A DNA stretch of 64,000 nt from an uncultured Muribaculaceae bacterium (GCA_964619545.1 CAZUED010000002.1:1253-65252), one strand, 5' to 3'; counted from the stretch's first letter, positions 19,074 to 29,619 are shown. Notes: a model not told the origin generated them from the letters alone. Numbers and translations are program-made.

Positions 19074-19805
19074 ATGCAAATACTTGCAAGTACATTTTCA
19101 TCTGTTATTGATTTTTTATTTCCCCCAACGTGTCCGATTTGTAATTCTGCAGTTGCCCAGCACGGAACGCTGTGTCACGATTGTTGGAAACAATTTAATT
19201 GGATTTCAGACCCTAAATGCTGCGTATGTGGCTATCCTTTTCCCGCAAACTTGGATTTAGGCGCTAGGCCATTGTGTCCTGTTTGTGCAGCGGGCGAAAA
19301 CGAGTTAGATTGGATGCGCAGCGCATGTGTTTATGATGATTTTTCACGGAATGTCATGTTGCCTTTTAAACATGCAGGTCAAATACGTTATCAAAAAATT
19401 ATGAGTCGCGCCATGTTAATGGCACTGCAAGAAATGGATAAAAGCGTAGATGTTGTTATGCCAGTTCCATTGGCAAATCGGCGTTTGTTTAAGCGCGGTT
19501 ATAACCAATCAACACTTCTGGCGCGGCCAATTGCAAAACATTTTGGTGTTAAGATAGATGTTGATTCTGTACGGCGAAAATACAAACCGGACATGGGACA
19601 TAAAAACGCAAAGCAGCGCGCAGAAAACATTCGTGGAGTTTTCAGTGTCGATCATCCAGAAAATATATGCGGAAAATCTATTTTGTTGGTTGACGATGTT
19701 ATGACGACCGGCGCGACATTTGCCGAATTACATAAAGTATTAAAGCATGCGGGCGCAAAAGCAGTTTATGGGGTTGTGTTTTGTCGGGTAGTTCGGGCAA
19801 TTTAA
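19074..19805 (+). CDS. comF: ComF-family protein (double zinc-ribbon plus phosphoribosyltransferase fold)
   Basis: CPICNS...CHDCW and CCVCGYPF...CPVC zinc ribbons. PRTase motif ILLVDDVMTTGATF. Confidence 0.75.
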   Translation: MQILASTFSSVIDFLFPPTCPICNSAVAQHGTLCHDCWKQFNWISDPKCCVCGYPFPANLDLGARPLCPVCAAGENELDWMRSACVYDDFSRNVMLPFKHAGQIRYQKIMSRAMLMALQEMDKSVDVVMPVPLANRRLFKRGYNQSTLLARPIAKHFGVKIDVDSVRRKYKPDMGHKNAKQRAENIRGVFSVDHPENICGKSILLVDDVMTTGATFAELHKVLKHAGAKAVYGVVFCRVVRAI

Positions 19806-19876
19806 TTAGTTTGATTTTCGTATTTTCCTGTGCTATTTTTTCAAGTGTCCGATGTAAAAATCCAAAAGGAATAAAA

Positions 19877-20419
19877 ATGAAAATAAAATCTATACTGGGT
19901 GTTGTTTGCGGGATGTTTTGTGTTGGTGCAGCAAACGCCTTGCCGCTTACCGGTTTTTATCAAACTATTGATGATGCAACGAAAAAACCTAAATCAATTG
20001 TCGCGCTTTATGAATGCAAAGAAGCCGGCGATGATGATGCCGAGTTGTGCGGTCGAATTGTTGCCCTGTATGATCAAGAAGGTAATGGAAAAATAACTGA
20101 AACCCTTAATAATCCAGTTCGTATTGCAGACAAGGTAAAGGGTAGCCCAAAAATGGCTGGATTGGACATTATTTGGGGTATGGAATGGGACGAAGATGAT
20201 GCAAAGTACGAGGATGGAAAAATTATGGATCCGAAAAAAGGCAGCGTTTATTCGTCAGTGATCTGGCTGGATAAAAAAGATGCAGCAAAGTTGCAAGTTC
20301 GCGGAAAAATTGGACCATTCGGTCGGACTCAGACTTGGAATGTTATGAAAATTTCTGATTTGCCAAAAGATGTGCAAAAATTAGACACTAGCAAATGGGA
20401 AGTTGTGGTCATTAAATAG
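19877..20419 (+). CDS. DUF2147-family secreted protein
   Basis: Signal peptide followed by GFYQTIDDATKKPKSIVALYE...GRIVAL, matching the DUF2147 signature. AAAGGA SD upstream. Confidence 0.6.
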   Translation: MKIKSILGVVCGMFCVGAANALPLTGFYQTIDDATKKPKSIVALYECKEAGDDDAELCGRIVALYDQEGNGKITETLNNPVRIADKVKGSPKMAGLDIIWGMEWDEDDAKYEDGKIMDPKKGSVYSSVIWLDKKDAAKLQVRGKIGPFGRTQTWNVMKISDLPKDVQKLDTSKWEVVVIK

Positions 20420-20550
20420 CGGAATACGCAATTTGCGTGTTCCGCGATGCTGCGCTGACCCGGGTCCCAATCACAAGCAAAGCGCGTGATTGGGTGGGAA
20501 CCGCAGCATTTTTAATTTTAAAATGCCAAGATAGTAAAAGGGTAAATATA

Positions 20551-23061
20551 ATGCCGTATGGAAAAAGAGAATTAGATGCCAAGCTAGATTCTAATGCAAT
20601 AGAAAATCGTTGCATAGAATACTGGGAAAATGATGGGGTTTATAAATTCAACCCAGACATCGCGCGCGAAAATACTTTTGCAATTGATACGCCACCCCCA
20701 ACCGTATCTGGACATTTGCATATTGGACATATTATGTCATATTCCCAGGCAGACATTTTGGCACGTTTTCAACGAATGAATGGTAAAAATATGTTTTTCC
20801 CGATTGGCTGGGATGACAATGGTTTGCCGACCGAGCGTCGCGTTCAGAATTACTTTAACATCAAGTGCGATCCGTCAGTCCCGTATGACGAAAATTTTGT
20901 ACCGATGCATAAAGAAAAATTTGATGATGCCGCGCGTCCGGTTTCGCGTAAAAACTTTATCGAGGCATGCCAAATTTTAATAGATCAGGATGAAAAGGTT
21001 TTTGAAGATATATTCCGTCGTATGGGATTTTCTTATGATTGGGATCTAAGGTATTCTACGATTTCAAGATTGGCAATTCGCGTTGCCCAAGAAAACTTTT
21101 TGAATCTTTATAAAAAAGGGAATGTTAAATCTGTGGAATCGCCAACTATGTGGGATACGGGCTTTCAGACAGCTGTCGCCCAGGCCGAAATAGAAGATCG
21201 TGAAACAGCTGGATTTTTCCATGATATAAAATTCCGCGCAGATGATGGGACAGAATTTATTATTGCAACAACCAGACCCGAATTTTTACCGGCTTGCATT
21301 GCGATTGTTGCGCATCCTGATGACTCTAGATATAAAAACTTGTTCGGCAAAAAAGCAATTGTTCCATTATTTGGACACAGCGTTCCGATTATGGCGTCCC
21401 AGCATGCAAATCCTGAAAAAGGCACCGGCATCATGATGGTCTGCACCTTTGGTGATGCCGAAGACGTGAAGTTCTGGAAATTAAATGGATTGCCTTTGCG
21501 TCAAATAATTGGTCGTGATGGAAAAATAATTGATACGGGCATTTTACCAGATGATGAACACTTTGCAAAAATGATTGGATTGCCAGTCAAAGCTGCCAGA
21601 AAAGTTATCGTTGAAATGTTGCAAGAATCTGGCGATTTGATAAATGATCCACGTCCTTTGATTCATCCTGTAAAGTTTTATGAAAAGGGTGATGTGCCAA
21701 TTGAATTTGTCCCCAGTCGTCAGTGGTTTGTATCATTATTAGATAAAAAAGAAGTATTGAATAAAAATGGGGCACAGATAAATTGGACCCCGACCCATAT
21801 GGGAAAAAGGTTGGAAAATTGGATTGACGGATTAAACCAGGATTGGGCAATTTCGCGCCAAAGATTTTTTGGTGTGCCATTCCCGGTTTGGTATCGCTTA
21901 AATGAAAATGCCCAGCCTGATTTTGATAATCCAATTCTGGCGACCACGTTGCCATGTGACCCTATGGCAGAATGCCCTGATGGATATAAAAGCAATCAGC
22001 GCGGTCAACCAAATGGATTTATCGGAGATCCAGATGTTATGGATACTTGGGCGACCAGCTCTCTGACGCCAAAAATAGCCCAAGCTGTTGCTGGCGTTAA
22101 TATGGGAACATTTGATGCGCGTCCCCAGGCACATGACATTATTCGGACTTGGGCGTTTTACACAATTGCACAAAGTTTAATGAATGATAATACTTTGCCT
22201 TGGAAACAGGCGTGGATAAGTGGCTTTGTTTTGGATCCGGATAGAAAGAAAATGTCAAAGTCCAAGGGAAATGTTGTCGTGCCGAATACGCTTATTGAAA
22301 AATACGGCGCAGACGCAGTTCGTCTGTGGGCCGCATCCAGCAAATTGGGTATGGACGGAATCGCAGATGAAAAAGTTATGGAACAAAAACGCAAGCTGGT
22401 GACAAAGTTCTTTAATGCATCCAGATTTGTGTTTGGCTTTGGCACGGCAGAGCACATGCCTGTCTCAAAAAATTACAATCCAGTTGATTTGGCGTATATT
22501 GCAAAATTAAACTTGGCAATAAAATCTGCAGAAAAGAGCTTTACAGAAAATGATTGCACTGGCGCGCTGATAGCGACCGAGCAAGCATTCTGGGATTTTT
22601 GCGATAACTATCTGGAAATTGTAAAGGGACGCGCCTATGCGGGCGATAAATCGGCGTTATCATCATTACTGATGACATTGGAGACTTTCTGTGCTTTGTT
22701 TGCGCCATTTATGCCGTTCCTTGCGGAAGAGGTTTCAATGGCTCATCCATGGAACAAAGAAGGTAAATCAATACACAATATATTATTCCCAAGTTTATGG
22801 AAAGATTTTGTTCCAAAAGAATTTTCTGAAAAATACACTGGCTATGAAGTTTTGAGCGAGTTGGTAGCAATCGTGCGTGGTAAAAAGAGCGAATCCAGTA
22901 AATCTATGAAATTTCCAATTGCAAAATTAATAGTTCGCGATGATGAGTTTTTGCGCAGCGCCAAGATAGACATTAAAAATGTTTTGAATGTTGAAACGCT
23001 GGAATTTTCTGGTGATGAATTGGTTGGTGGATTAGTTTGGGGCGAGCAAAATGATCAATAA
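20551..23061 (+). CDS. valS: Valyl-tRNA synthetase
   Basis: HIGH motif (PTVSGHLHIGH) and KMSKS motif. Editing and anticodon-binding domains present. The start is chosen at the ATG preceding MPYGKREL. Confidence 0.9.
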   Translation: MPYGKRELDAKLDSNAIENRCIEYWENDGVYKFNPDIARENTFAIDTPPPTVSGHLHIGHIMSYSQADILARFQRMNGKNMFFPIGWDDNGLPTERRVQNYFNIKCDPSVPYDENFVPMHKEKFDDAARPVSRKNFIEACQILIDQDEKVFEDIFRRMGFSYDWDLRYSTISRLAIRVAQENFLNLYKKGNVKSVESPTMWDTGFQTAVAQAEIEDRETAGFFHDIKFRADDGTEFIIATTRPEFLPACIAIVAHPDDSRYKNLFGKKAIVPLFGHSVPIMASQHANPEKGTGIMMVCTFGDAEDVKFWKLNGLPLRQIIGRDGKIIDTGILPDDEHFAKMIGLPVKAARKVIVEMLQESGDLINDPRPLIHPVKFYEKGDVPIEFVPSRQWFVSLLDKKEVLNKNGAQINWTPTHMGKRLENWIDGLNQDWAISRQRFFGVPFPVWYRLNENAQPDFDNPILATTLPCDPMAECPDGYKSNQRGQPNGFIGDPDVMDTWATSSLTPKIAQAVAGVNMGTFDARPQAHDIIRTWAFYTIAQSLMNDNTLPWKQAWISGFVLDPDRKKMSKSKGNVVVPNTLIEKYGADAVRLWAASSKLGMDGIADEKVMEQKRKLVTKFFNASRFVFGFGTAEHMPVSKNYNPVDLAYIAKLNLAIKSAEKSFTENDCTGALIATEQAFWDFCDNYLEIVKGRAYAGDKSALSSLLMTLETFCALFAPFMPFLAEEVSMAHPWNKEGKSIHNILFPSLWKDFVPKEFSEKYTGYEVLSELVAIVRGKKSESSKSMKFPIAKLIVRDDEFLRSAKIDIKNVLNVETLEFSGDELVGGLVWGEQNDQ

Positions 23062-23785
23062 ATATATCGAAAATAAAATAGTAAAAACATATCAGTGTGA
23101 CAAACACGGGTTTATTAGGCCAGTTATTTTGATGAATTATTTGCAAGATGTGGCTGATACACATGCCGAAGTTTTGGGTGCAGGTCGTGCTTTTTGTATA
23201 GAGAAAGGTATTGCCTGGGTAGTGACGCACTATCTGATAGATATAGTTCAATTGCCGCGTGAAATGGACAAGCTGATCGTTACAACATGGCCGGCGGCGC
23301 ATGGTTCGTTAAAGGCGATTCGTGATTTCCAAATTCATAACGAAAATGGTGATTTAATGATTCGTGCCACAAGTCAGTGGATTTTAATAAATATGGAAAA
23401 ACGTATACCATTGCGCTTGGATAATTATCTGCCAGCGGATTGGACCAATGGGGTCGAGCGTGCGCTGGATTTACCATTTGATAAATTCCCAGACTTTGCT
23501 GCAAATACAGAAAACAATCGGTTTTTAGTGCGATATGATGATGTGGATGTAAATCAGCATGTAAATAATGGTGTTTATGCAAAATGGGCAACAGAAAGTG
23601 TGGGCTTTGATTTTCGCGACAAACATAATTTGAAAAAAATATATCTGAATTTCAAGAAAGAAATACCATTTGATACAAAAGAAGCGTTTATAGAAACGGC
23701 AATAGATGGACTGATCAGTCATCACAAAATAAAATCAGGTGATTCTGAAAATGCCAATGTTATTTGCCAATGGAAATTAAATTAA
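23051..23785 (+). CDS. Acyl-ACP thioesterase family protein
   Basis: Two hot-dog halves. N-terminal YQCDKHGFIRPVILMNYLQDVA and a second half with DVDVNQHVNNGVYAKW. Confidence 0.65.
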   Translation: MINKYIENKIVKTYQCDKHGFIRPVILMNYLQDVADTHAEVLGAGRAFCIEKGIAWVVTHYLIDIVQLPREMDKLIVTTWPAAHGSLKAIRDFQIHNENGDLMIRATSQWILINMEKRIPLRLDNYLPADWTNGVERALDLPFDKFPDFAANTENNRFLVRYDDVDVNQHVNNGVYAKWATESVGFDFRDKHNLKKIYLNFKKEIPFDTKEAFIETAIDGLISHHKIKSGDSENANVICQWKLN

Positions 23786-23816
23786 AATAAAAATCGCCCG
23801 AAAGGGCGATTTTTTA
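23786..23816. terminator. Bidirectional rho-independent terminator (thioesterase and rpmH)
   Basis: ATCGCCC-GAAA-GGGCGAT hairpin flanked by an A-run and a T-run. Confidence 0.75.
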
Positions 23817-23966
23817 TCTTGCTGCGGATACCGCGACGCGGGCACGCCCTTTGGCGCGACGGCGATTCAGGACATCACGTCCGCTTTTAGTTGCCATCTT
23901 TTCACGAAACCCGTGTGTTTTTACCCGACGGGTATTGGATGGTTGATAAGTTCTTTTCGTTGCCAT
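23814..23966 (-). CDS. rpmH: 50S ribosomal protein L34
   Basis: Minus-strand translation [50 protein letters not shown]. Not in the ORF table because it is 50 aa. Confidence 0.9.
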   Translation of the reverse strand: MATKRTYQPSNTRRVKTHGFREKMATKSGRDVLNRRRAKGRARVAVSAAR

Positions 23967-24163
23967 TATAAAATCCTTGTTGGTGCGGGCATTAAATCAC
24001 AGCTTTATCAGATTTGCAAGCAAAAACTACCAATTATTTCTTGCGCTCAATAACACCCAGCCAGGACAAAAATTCTGTAAAAATGCACCATACAAACAAA
24101 ATCGCAAAGATCGTGCTGATTGGGCCAAGAAGAATTGCAGCATCCATGATTAAATCTGTTTTT

Positions 24164-24520
24164 TTAAAGCTGTCTGTTGTCCAGAAGTTTTTTCAGCATT
24201 ATTTTTTTGGCATCTGCTGGTGTTTTGCCGAAAAACTTGTTTCTGGTACCAATAAGTGTAAAAAAGTTTATATTACAATTTTCTGATGTTTTTTTTACGT
24301 CCTTGATCCCATAAATGTGGTAACGGATGCTTTCTCCGGTCGAGTAACTACATATGTTTTTTACTTCGGCATAGGTTATTTCGAATGTTTTATGGGATAT
24401 ATTATTTGAAAATTTTACGCTTTGTCCGATTTTATAGATCGGAGCTTCTGGTGTCTTATGTAATGGTATCATTTTAAATCCTTTTTTATTGATCGGGAAA
24501 AATATATCACATAAAAACAT
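24164..24520 (-). CDS. Hypothetical protein (AT-rich ORF in the rpmH-gyrA spacer)
   Basis: ORF only, with no recognisable domain and a lysine-rich tail. It overlaps an alternative plus-strand ORF (24014-24286). It may not be a gene at all. Confidence 0.2.
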   Translation of the reverse strand: MFLCDIFFPINKKGFKMIPLHKTPEAPIYKIGQSVKFSNNISHKTFEITYAEVKNICSYSTGESIRYHIYGIKDVKKTSENCNINFFTLIGTRNKFFGKTPADAKKIMLKKLLDNRQL

Positions 24521-24688
24521 TTTGTCAAGTTTTTTAGGGCTAGGGATAAAGAATGGTAAAAAATAGAAAAAAGGCGTTAATGGCTGTATGAAATTTTTCC
24601 ATTATTTTTTGATTTTTTTGGATTATTTCTCTTGCTCGCCAGGTAGCAATTTGCTATGGTTTATGTACGAAAAAACGGAGTATTTTTT

Positions 24689-27382
24689 ATGTCAGAAATT
24701 AATGAGATTTCCCCAGAAATTAAAGTCCCGACCAGTGCGCTTGAACATGAAATGCGCGGCAGCTTTTTGGACTATGCCATGTCAGTTATTGTTGATCGTG
24801 CTTTGCCAGATGTGCGTGACGGATGCAAGCCTGTTCATCGTCGTATTTTATATGTTATGAACGATGTTGCTCCAGCTACACGTTCAACGGTAAAGTCCGC
24901 ACGTATTGTTGGCGATGTTATGGGAAAATACCATCCGCATGGCGACAGCAGTATTTACGAGGCTATGGTTCGTATGGGGCAGGATTTTTCTATGGGTGCA
25001 TGCTTGGTTCAGGGGCAGGGAAATTTTGGCAGTATGGACGGAGACAAGGCTGCTGCTATGCGTTATACCGAAGCGCGTTTAAGCAAATTGGGTGCGTCAT
25101 TAATGGACGATATGGACAAAGGCACTATTGAATGGATGCCGAATTTTGACGGCAGTTTGCAAGAACCCCAGGTTTTGCCCGCAAAATTTCCAAACTTCTT
25201 GGTAAACGGCGGCAGTGGAATTGCGGTTGGTATGGCGACCAATGTTCCAACCTATAATCTGGGCGAGGTTTGTGATGGTTTGTTGGCTATTCTGGATAGC
25301 TCGGCGCTTACTGATGATGAATTGTTTGGTATTATCCAAGGACCGGATTTTCCAACCGGTGGAATTATGATGGGGCGCTGCGGCGCGTTTAAGGCACACA
25401 CAACTGGTCGTGGCAGTGTTATTGTTCGGGCAAAAACCCATTTTGAAGACTTGAAAGATCGTCACGCGATAATTGTTGATGAAATTCCTTATCAAGTGAA
25501 CAAGGCTCAATTGATAATCAAAATTGCAGAGTTGTCAAAAGATAAACGTGTTGAAGGAATTAGTGAAATTCGTGATGAAACCAGCAAAGAAGGTGTTCGT
25601 ATTGTTATCGAATTAAAGCGTGATGCAATTGGTGATGTTGTATTAAACCAATTATTCCAATATACGGAATTACAAAGCAGTTTTCCCGTAAATATGATGG
25701 CATTAAATCGTGGTCGTCCAATGTTGTTTAATGTTCGTGGAGTTTTAGATGCCTTTATAGATTTCAGAATAGAGGTTATTCGTCGCAGAACCATTTTCGA
25801 ATTGAATAAGGCCAGAAATAAAGCACACACTTTACTGGGTTTGTCTGTTGCGGTTGGAAACTTGGACGAAATTATTGCGCTGATAAAGTCCAGCGAATCG
25901 CCCGAGGCCGCACGCTCATCGCTTGTTGCGCGTAGCTGGAAGGCGTCAGACATTGAAAATTATATCAAGTTGATTGACGATCCAAATACAGAGTACGAAA
26001 ACGGAATGTTCCGTATGAGTGAAGAGCAAGCAAAGGCTATTTTGGAATTGCAGCTGCACAGATTGACTGGATTAGAGCGTGAAAAAATTCACAACGATTT
26101 GGTGGATTTGGGCGCGATTATCAAAGAGTTGTTGGAAATACTGGGCAGCCATGAACGTATTGTTCAAATTATTCGTGATGAAACATCAGCCGTGCGTGAT
26201 AACTGGGCAACGCCGAGAAAAACAATAATTTCAGATGCCGAAGTAGATATGGATATGGAAGACTTGATTGCGCGCGAAGATATGGTTGTTACAATTACCA
26301 ATACCGGATATATCAAACGCGTTGCGCTGGATACTTATCGCGCGCAAAAACGTGGGGGCAAGGGACGCAATGCAATGACAACCAAAGAAGATGATTATGT
26401 TTCCCAGTTGTTTGTTGCAAATACTCATACTCCATTGATGTTCTTCAGCAGTAAGGGTATGTGCTATCGGTTAAAAACTTATAAGCTGCCCGAGGCCGCA
26501 GCCAGCGCCAAGGGCCGTCCATTGATAAATCTGTTGCCATTGTCCGCCGGCGAAACTATAACCGCGATTTTGCCAGTGCCAGATGTTGATGCTGGAACAT
26601 TCTTGATGTTCGCAACCAGCATGGGAACAATCCGCAGAAATGATTTTTCAGACTTTGAAAGCATCCGCGCAAACGGAAAGATTGCAATGAAGTTGGAAGA
26701 GGGCGAAAGCTTGGTCAGTGTTATGCTGTGTAATGAAAACCAGGATGTGTTCTTGTCTACTTATCGTGGCCGCTGCATCAGATTCCCAGTGAATGAAATT
26801 CGCGTATTCCAAAGCCGTAATTCAACCGGTGTTCGCGCAATTAAATTGGCCAAGGATGACACGATTATCGGCATGGCAATGTTGAATCATTCGGACGCAG
26901 ACGCTGAAACACGCGCTGCATATATCAAGCAAAGCCGCGCGCTGCGTCGCGCAGCCGGCGCCGAAGAAGAAGCCGGCGATGAAGAAGAAACAACCAGCAT
27001 TGTTTTGGGCGAATCAACGATGACGGATATGGCACGCGAAGAACAATTTATTTTAACCATCAGTGAAAATGGATTTGGGAAACGCACCAGTTCGTATGAG
27101 TACAGATTGACCCATCGTGGAGGCAGCGGTATCACAGCAATAAAGCTGGGTGGTAAAAACACAGCGGTTGCAGGCAGTTTCCCGATTGATGCCGAACATG
27201 ACATCATGATGGTAACTGATGGCGGTAAAATTATCAGAACTCCGGCAGACGCGGTTCGTATTGCGGGACGTTCTACGGCAGGCGTTACCTTATTTAAAAC
27301 TGCCGAGAACGAGCGGGTAATCAGTGCGACCGCAATTGAAAAAGAAGAAGAAACCGGGGGCGAGGCCACAGATGGCGAATGA
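24689..27382 (+). CDS. gyrA: DNA gyrase subunit A
   Basis: Catalytic region [10 protein letters not shown] with the active-site Tyr. QRDR-like [16 protein letters not shown]-terminal beta-pinwheel repeats and an acidic tail. ACGGAG SD upstream. Confidence 0.95.
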   Translation: MSEINEISPEIKVPTSALEHEMRGSFLDYAMSVIVDRALPDVRDGCKPVHRRILYVMNDVAPATRSTVKSARIVGDVMGKYHPHGDSSIYEAMVRMGQDFSMGACLVQGQGNFGSMDGDKAAAMRYTEARLSKLGASLMDDMDKGTIEWMPNFDGSLQEPQVLPAKFPNFLVNGGSGIAVGMATNVPTYNLGEVCDGLLAILDSSALTDDELFGIIQGPDFPTGGIMMGRCGAFKAHTTGRGSVIVRAKTHFEDLKDRHAIIVDEIPYQVNKAQLIIKIAELSKDKRVEGISEIRDETSKEGVRIVIELKRDAIGDVVLNQLFQYTELQSSFPVNMMALNRGRPMLFNVRGVLDAFIDFRIEVIRRRTIFELNKARNKAHTLLGLSVAVGNLDEIIALIKSSESPEAARSSLVARSWKASDIENYIKLIDDPNTEYENGMFRMSEEQAKAILELQLHRLTGLEREKIHNDLVDLGAIIKELLEILGSHERIVQIIRDETSAVRDNWATPRKTIISDAEVDMDMEDLIAREDMVVTITNTGYIKRVALDTYRAQKRGGKGRNAMTTKEDDYVSQLFVANTHTPLMFFSSKGMCYRLKTYKLPEAAASAKGRPLINLLPLSAGETITAILPVPDVDAGTFLMFATSMGTIRRNDFSDFESIRANGKIAMKLEEGESLVSVMLCNENQDVFLSTYRGRCIRFPVNEIRVFQSRNSTGVRAIKLAKDDTIIGMAMLNHSDADAETRAAYIKQSRALRRAAGAEEEAGDEEETTSIVLGESTMTDMAREEQFILTISENGFGKRTSSYEYRLTHRGGSGITAIKLGGKNTAVAGSFPIDAEHDIMMVTDGGKIIRTPADAVRIAGRSTAGVTLFKTAENERVISATAIEKEEETGGEATDGE

Positions 27383-27758
27383 ATCATTTCTTTCGATAAA
27401 TGATGTATCAAAGCAATTGGAAATTCCTGCGCATACTTTGCGTTATTGGGAAAAACAATTTCCAGTTGCTATCAAGCCAATAACTGGCGCAGGTGGGCGT
27501 CGATACTATCGCCCTGAAACAATTTCTGCGCTGGGGCATATTCGCACACTGCTTTATGATCGAGGCATGACCATTGCAGGCGTTAAAAAGATGATGAAAG
27601 ATGGTCAATTCAAAAATCATGAAAAGATAACGCCAGTTGAAAAACCAACTAAGTCAGTGGAACAAACATCAGTATCAAAATCAAATTCTGTATCCAGAGT
27701 TGAAGTAGATAGAATTATAGAATCGTTAGAGCAGGCTCGCGAATTATTAAACCCATAA
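27372..27758 (+). CDS. MerR-family HTH transcriptional regulator
   Basis: [28 protein letters not shown]. 4-nt overlap with the gyrA stop. Confidence 0.7.
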   Translation: MANESFLSINDVSKQLEIPAHTLRYWEKQFPVAIKPITGAGGRRYYRPETISALGHIRTLLYDRGMTIAGVKKMMKDGQFKNHEKITPVEKPTKSVEQTSVSKSNSVSRVEVDRIIESLEQARELLNP

Positions 27759-27760
27759 TA

Positions 27761-27788
27761 AAAATCCCGGTATTTGCGGGGATTTTTA
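27761..27788. terminator. Bidirectional rho-independent terminator
   Basis: ATCCCGG-TATTTG-CGGGGAT hairpin followed by TTTTT. Lies between convergent genes. Confidence 0.7.
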
Positions 27789-28820
27789 TTAAATCAGGTG
27801 GAATTTATAAACCAAGGACAAAGATACCGAATTATCCCTGCCATGCATCAATCCATCCATTTCATTAGAATTTATTTTTTTATAGGCATAAGAAAGTTGC
27901 AAAGATAAATTTTCTATAAAGTTATAACCAACAAATGCCGAGTATTCATATTCATGTATTTTTGATTTATATGGCTCGGATGGCTCAGGTGCTTTATATT
28001 GGGTTTTAATATATTCATATCCCAGCCCAAAGTAAAAATGAATGCTTTTAGGAAAATAAGTGTAGTTAAAGGTAAAACCATATAAGTCTTTGTCTTGATA
28101 GTTTTTTTCAGTATTAAAGTATCTGTAAAATGGGGTCAATCTTAAAACATGTTTTTCATTCAAGTATAATCGGTTTATTAAAAATACAGAATAAACGTAC
28201 CTATTTGTTTCATCGGTTATATTTGAATTATATTCGCGCTTTTCAATTTCAGTGTCCAAAGTGGTATTAAAATTGTTAAAGAAAGAATGGTTTATTTTTA
28301 TTAATGCCCCAAAACCATTGAAAAGCTTTCTGTGGTAAGACCATTCGTCACCATATAAAAACTTTGCAGAAATTTTTGTGTTTTTATCAGGCATTAAAAA
28401 ACTGGGCCCAGTTTGTAATTTAAAATAAAAATCATCAAGTGTCTTATATTGCTTGTAATCACGATAAGTTCCATCAAAAATTGTATCCCAAACGGTATAA
28501 TTAGTAAATTGAAGGACGTTAACCAAATATAATTTGTTCATGGTATAATTGTCATCGTTTGTATTATTAAGAACAAGATTATCTTCATAGTAAAGTGGGT
28601 TTTGTGTATAGGTAAAAGCGGAATTAAAATACCCATATAAATGGATTAGCTTTTGTTTGTCTTCGATATATGATTCTGGAAGTTTATATTTTAATACACC
28701 TTTGTTTCTATAGTATCTGTAATCAATCTCATCACCATCAATATGTTGTGGAACATGATTTGCAAATGCAGAAAAGCAAGGTATAGTAAATAAAAATAAA
28801 TAAATTGTTATTTTTCTCAT
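27789..28820 (-). CDS. Tyr/Asn-rich putative outer-membrane or secreted protein (AT-rich, possibly horizontally acquired)
   Basis: Signal peptide MRKITIYLFLFTIPCFSAFA. Abundant Y/N/F with alternating-hydrophobic beta-strand pattern near the C-terminus (SVSLSLVYKF). GC content is clearly below that of the flanks. Confidence 0.5.
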   Translation of the reverse strand: MRKITIYLFLFTIPCFSAFANHVPQHIDGDEIDYRYYRNKGVLKYKLPESYIEDKQKLIHLYGYFNSAFTYTQNPLYYEDNLVLNNTNDDNYTMNKLYLVNVLQFTNYTVWDTIFDGTYRDYKQYKTLDDFYFKLQTGPSFLMPDKNTKISAKFLYGDEWSYHRKLFNGFGALIKINHSFFNNFNTTLDTEIEKREYNSNITDETNRYVYSVFLINRLYLNEKHVLRLTPFYRYFNTEKNYQDKDLYGFTFNYTYFPKSIHFYFGLGYEYIKTQYKAPEPSEPYKSKIHEYEYSAFVGYNFIENLSLQLSYAYKKINSNEMDGLMHGRDNSVSLSLVYKFHLI

Positions 28821-28836
28821 AAATTAGAACTTTTGG

Positions 28837-29430
28837 TTAAAAAGTATCCCACCAGTTTCTGAAAGGATTTCTAGTTTTAAATAGTTTTTCATCATCCGAA
28901 CCATAAGAGCCCTGACGAGTATTGCTAATGCTTGTACTGCCACCCCCATTATCACCTGACCCACCCCCGTTATTATTACTGCCACCGGCATTTCCAACAT
29001 CTTTATCATTTCCTTGGTTTCCAGGGCCAGTGTTTCCAACCCCACCGCCACTATTTCCATTAGAATTTCCAGCGCCAGAATCTGTAATTACATTGGATGA
29101 GTTACCACCGGCATTACTGCTGCTGGAATTATCAGATGATGAACTGGATGAAGAAGAGTTATCATTTGCACTTGATGATGAGTTACTACCAGCATTACTG
29201 CTGCTGGAATTATCAGATGCTGCGCTGGATGCAGCAGAATTACCACCAGCATTACTATTAGAGTTTGCATTAGATGATGAATTACCACCTGCGTTGCTGT
29301 TGCCATTAGAGCTGTTGGATGCCGCGTTTGAAGACGCTGAATTGCCATTACCATTGTTTGTAGCAATACTTGTGTTCGAGATAAATAAAGCTGTTAAACA
29401 TGATAGAAAAATAGGGTAAATTTTTTTCAT
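28837..29430 (-). CDS. Ser/Asn/Gly-rich low-complexity secreted protein
   Basis: Signal peptide MKKIYPIFLSCLTALFISNTSIA followed by about 150 aa of N/S/G/A repeats (NSSSSN, GGNSS...), ending in NWWDTF. The DNA contains degenerate tandem repeats, and large ORFs also appear in the other two frames, a sign of low-complexity repeat sequence. The minus strand is chosen because of the signal peptide. Confidence 0.45.
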   Translation of the reverse strand: MKKIYPIFLSCLTALFISNTSIATNNGNGNSASSNAASNSSNGNSNAGGNSSSNANSNSNAGGNSAASSAASDNSSSSNAGSNSSSSANDNSSSSSSSSDNSSSSNAGGNSSNVITDSGAGNSNGNSGGGVGNTGPGNQGNDKDVGNAGGSNNNGGGSGDNGGGSTSISNTRQGSYGSDDEKLFKTRNPFRNWWDTF

Positions 29431-29527
29431 GAATATTCATCCTTTGTATCAGAATGTTTATTCAATTATAACTTTTGCGCTTGCTGGAAATAATAGGCAG
29501 ATATTCTTAAATAAAAATAAATGAACT

Positions 29528-29603
29528 TGGCACTCCCAACGGGAATCGAACCCGTGTTTTCAGAATGAGAATCTGACGTCCTGGACCGCTAGACGATGGG
29601 AGC
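29528..29603 (-). tRNA. tRNA-Glu (anticodon CUC as read; Glu isoacceptor)
   Basis: Reverse complement GCTCCCATCGTCTAGCGGTCCAGGACGTCAGATTCTCATTCTGAAAACACGGGTTCGATTCCCGTTGGGAGTGCCA. Glu-type D-arm. Anticodon loop TTCTCAT. Confidence 0.8.
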
Positions 29604-29619
29604 ATAACCTAAAAATAAT

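Noticed and set aside
24014-24286. 90-aa plus-strand ORF in the rpmH-gyrA spacer
   Set aside because: It overlaps the 118-aa minus-strand ORF and has an odd composition and no SD. Neither is convincing. Only the longer one is kept, at low confidence.
28922-29419. 165-aa Pro/Leu-rich plus-strand ORF and 92-aa minus-strand alternative frame
   Set aside because: These are artefacts of the low-complexity repeat DNA. Only the chosen minus-strand frame has a signal peptide and SD and matches the orientation and terminator context of its neighbour.
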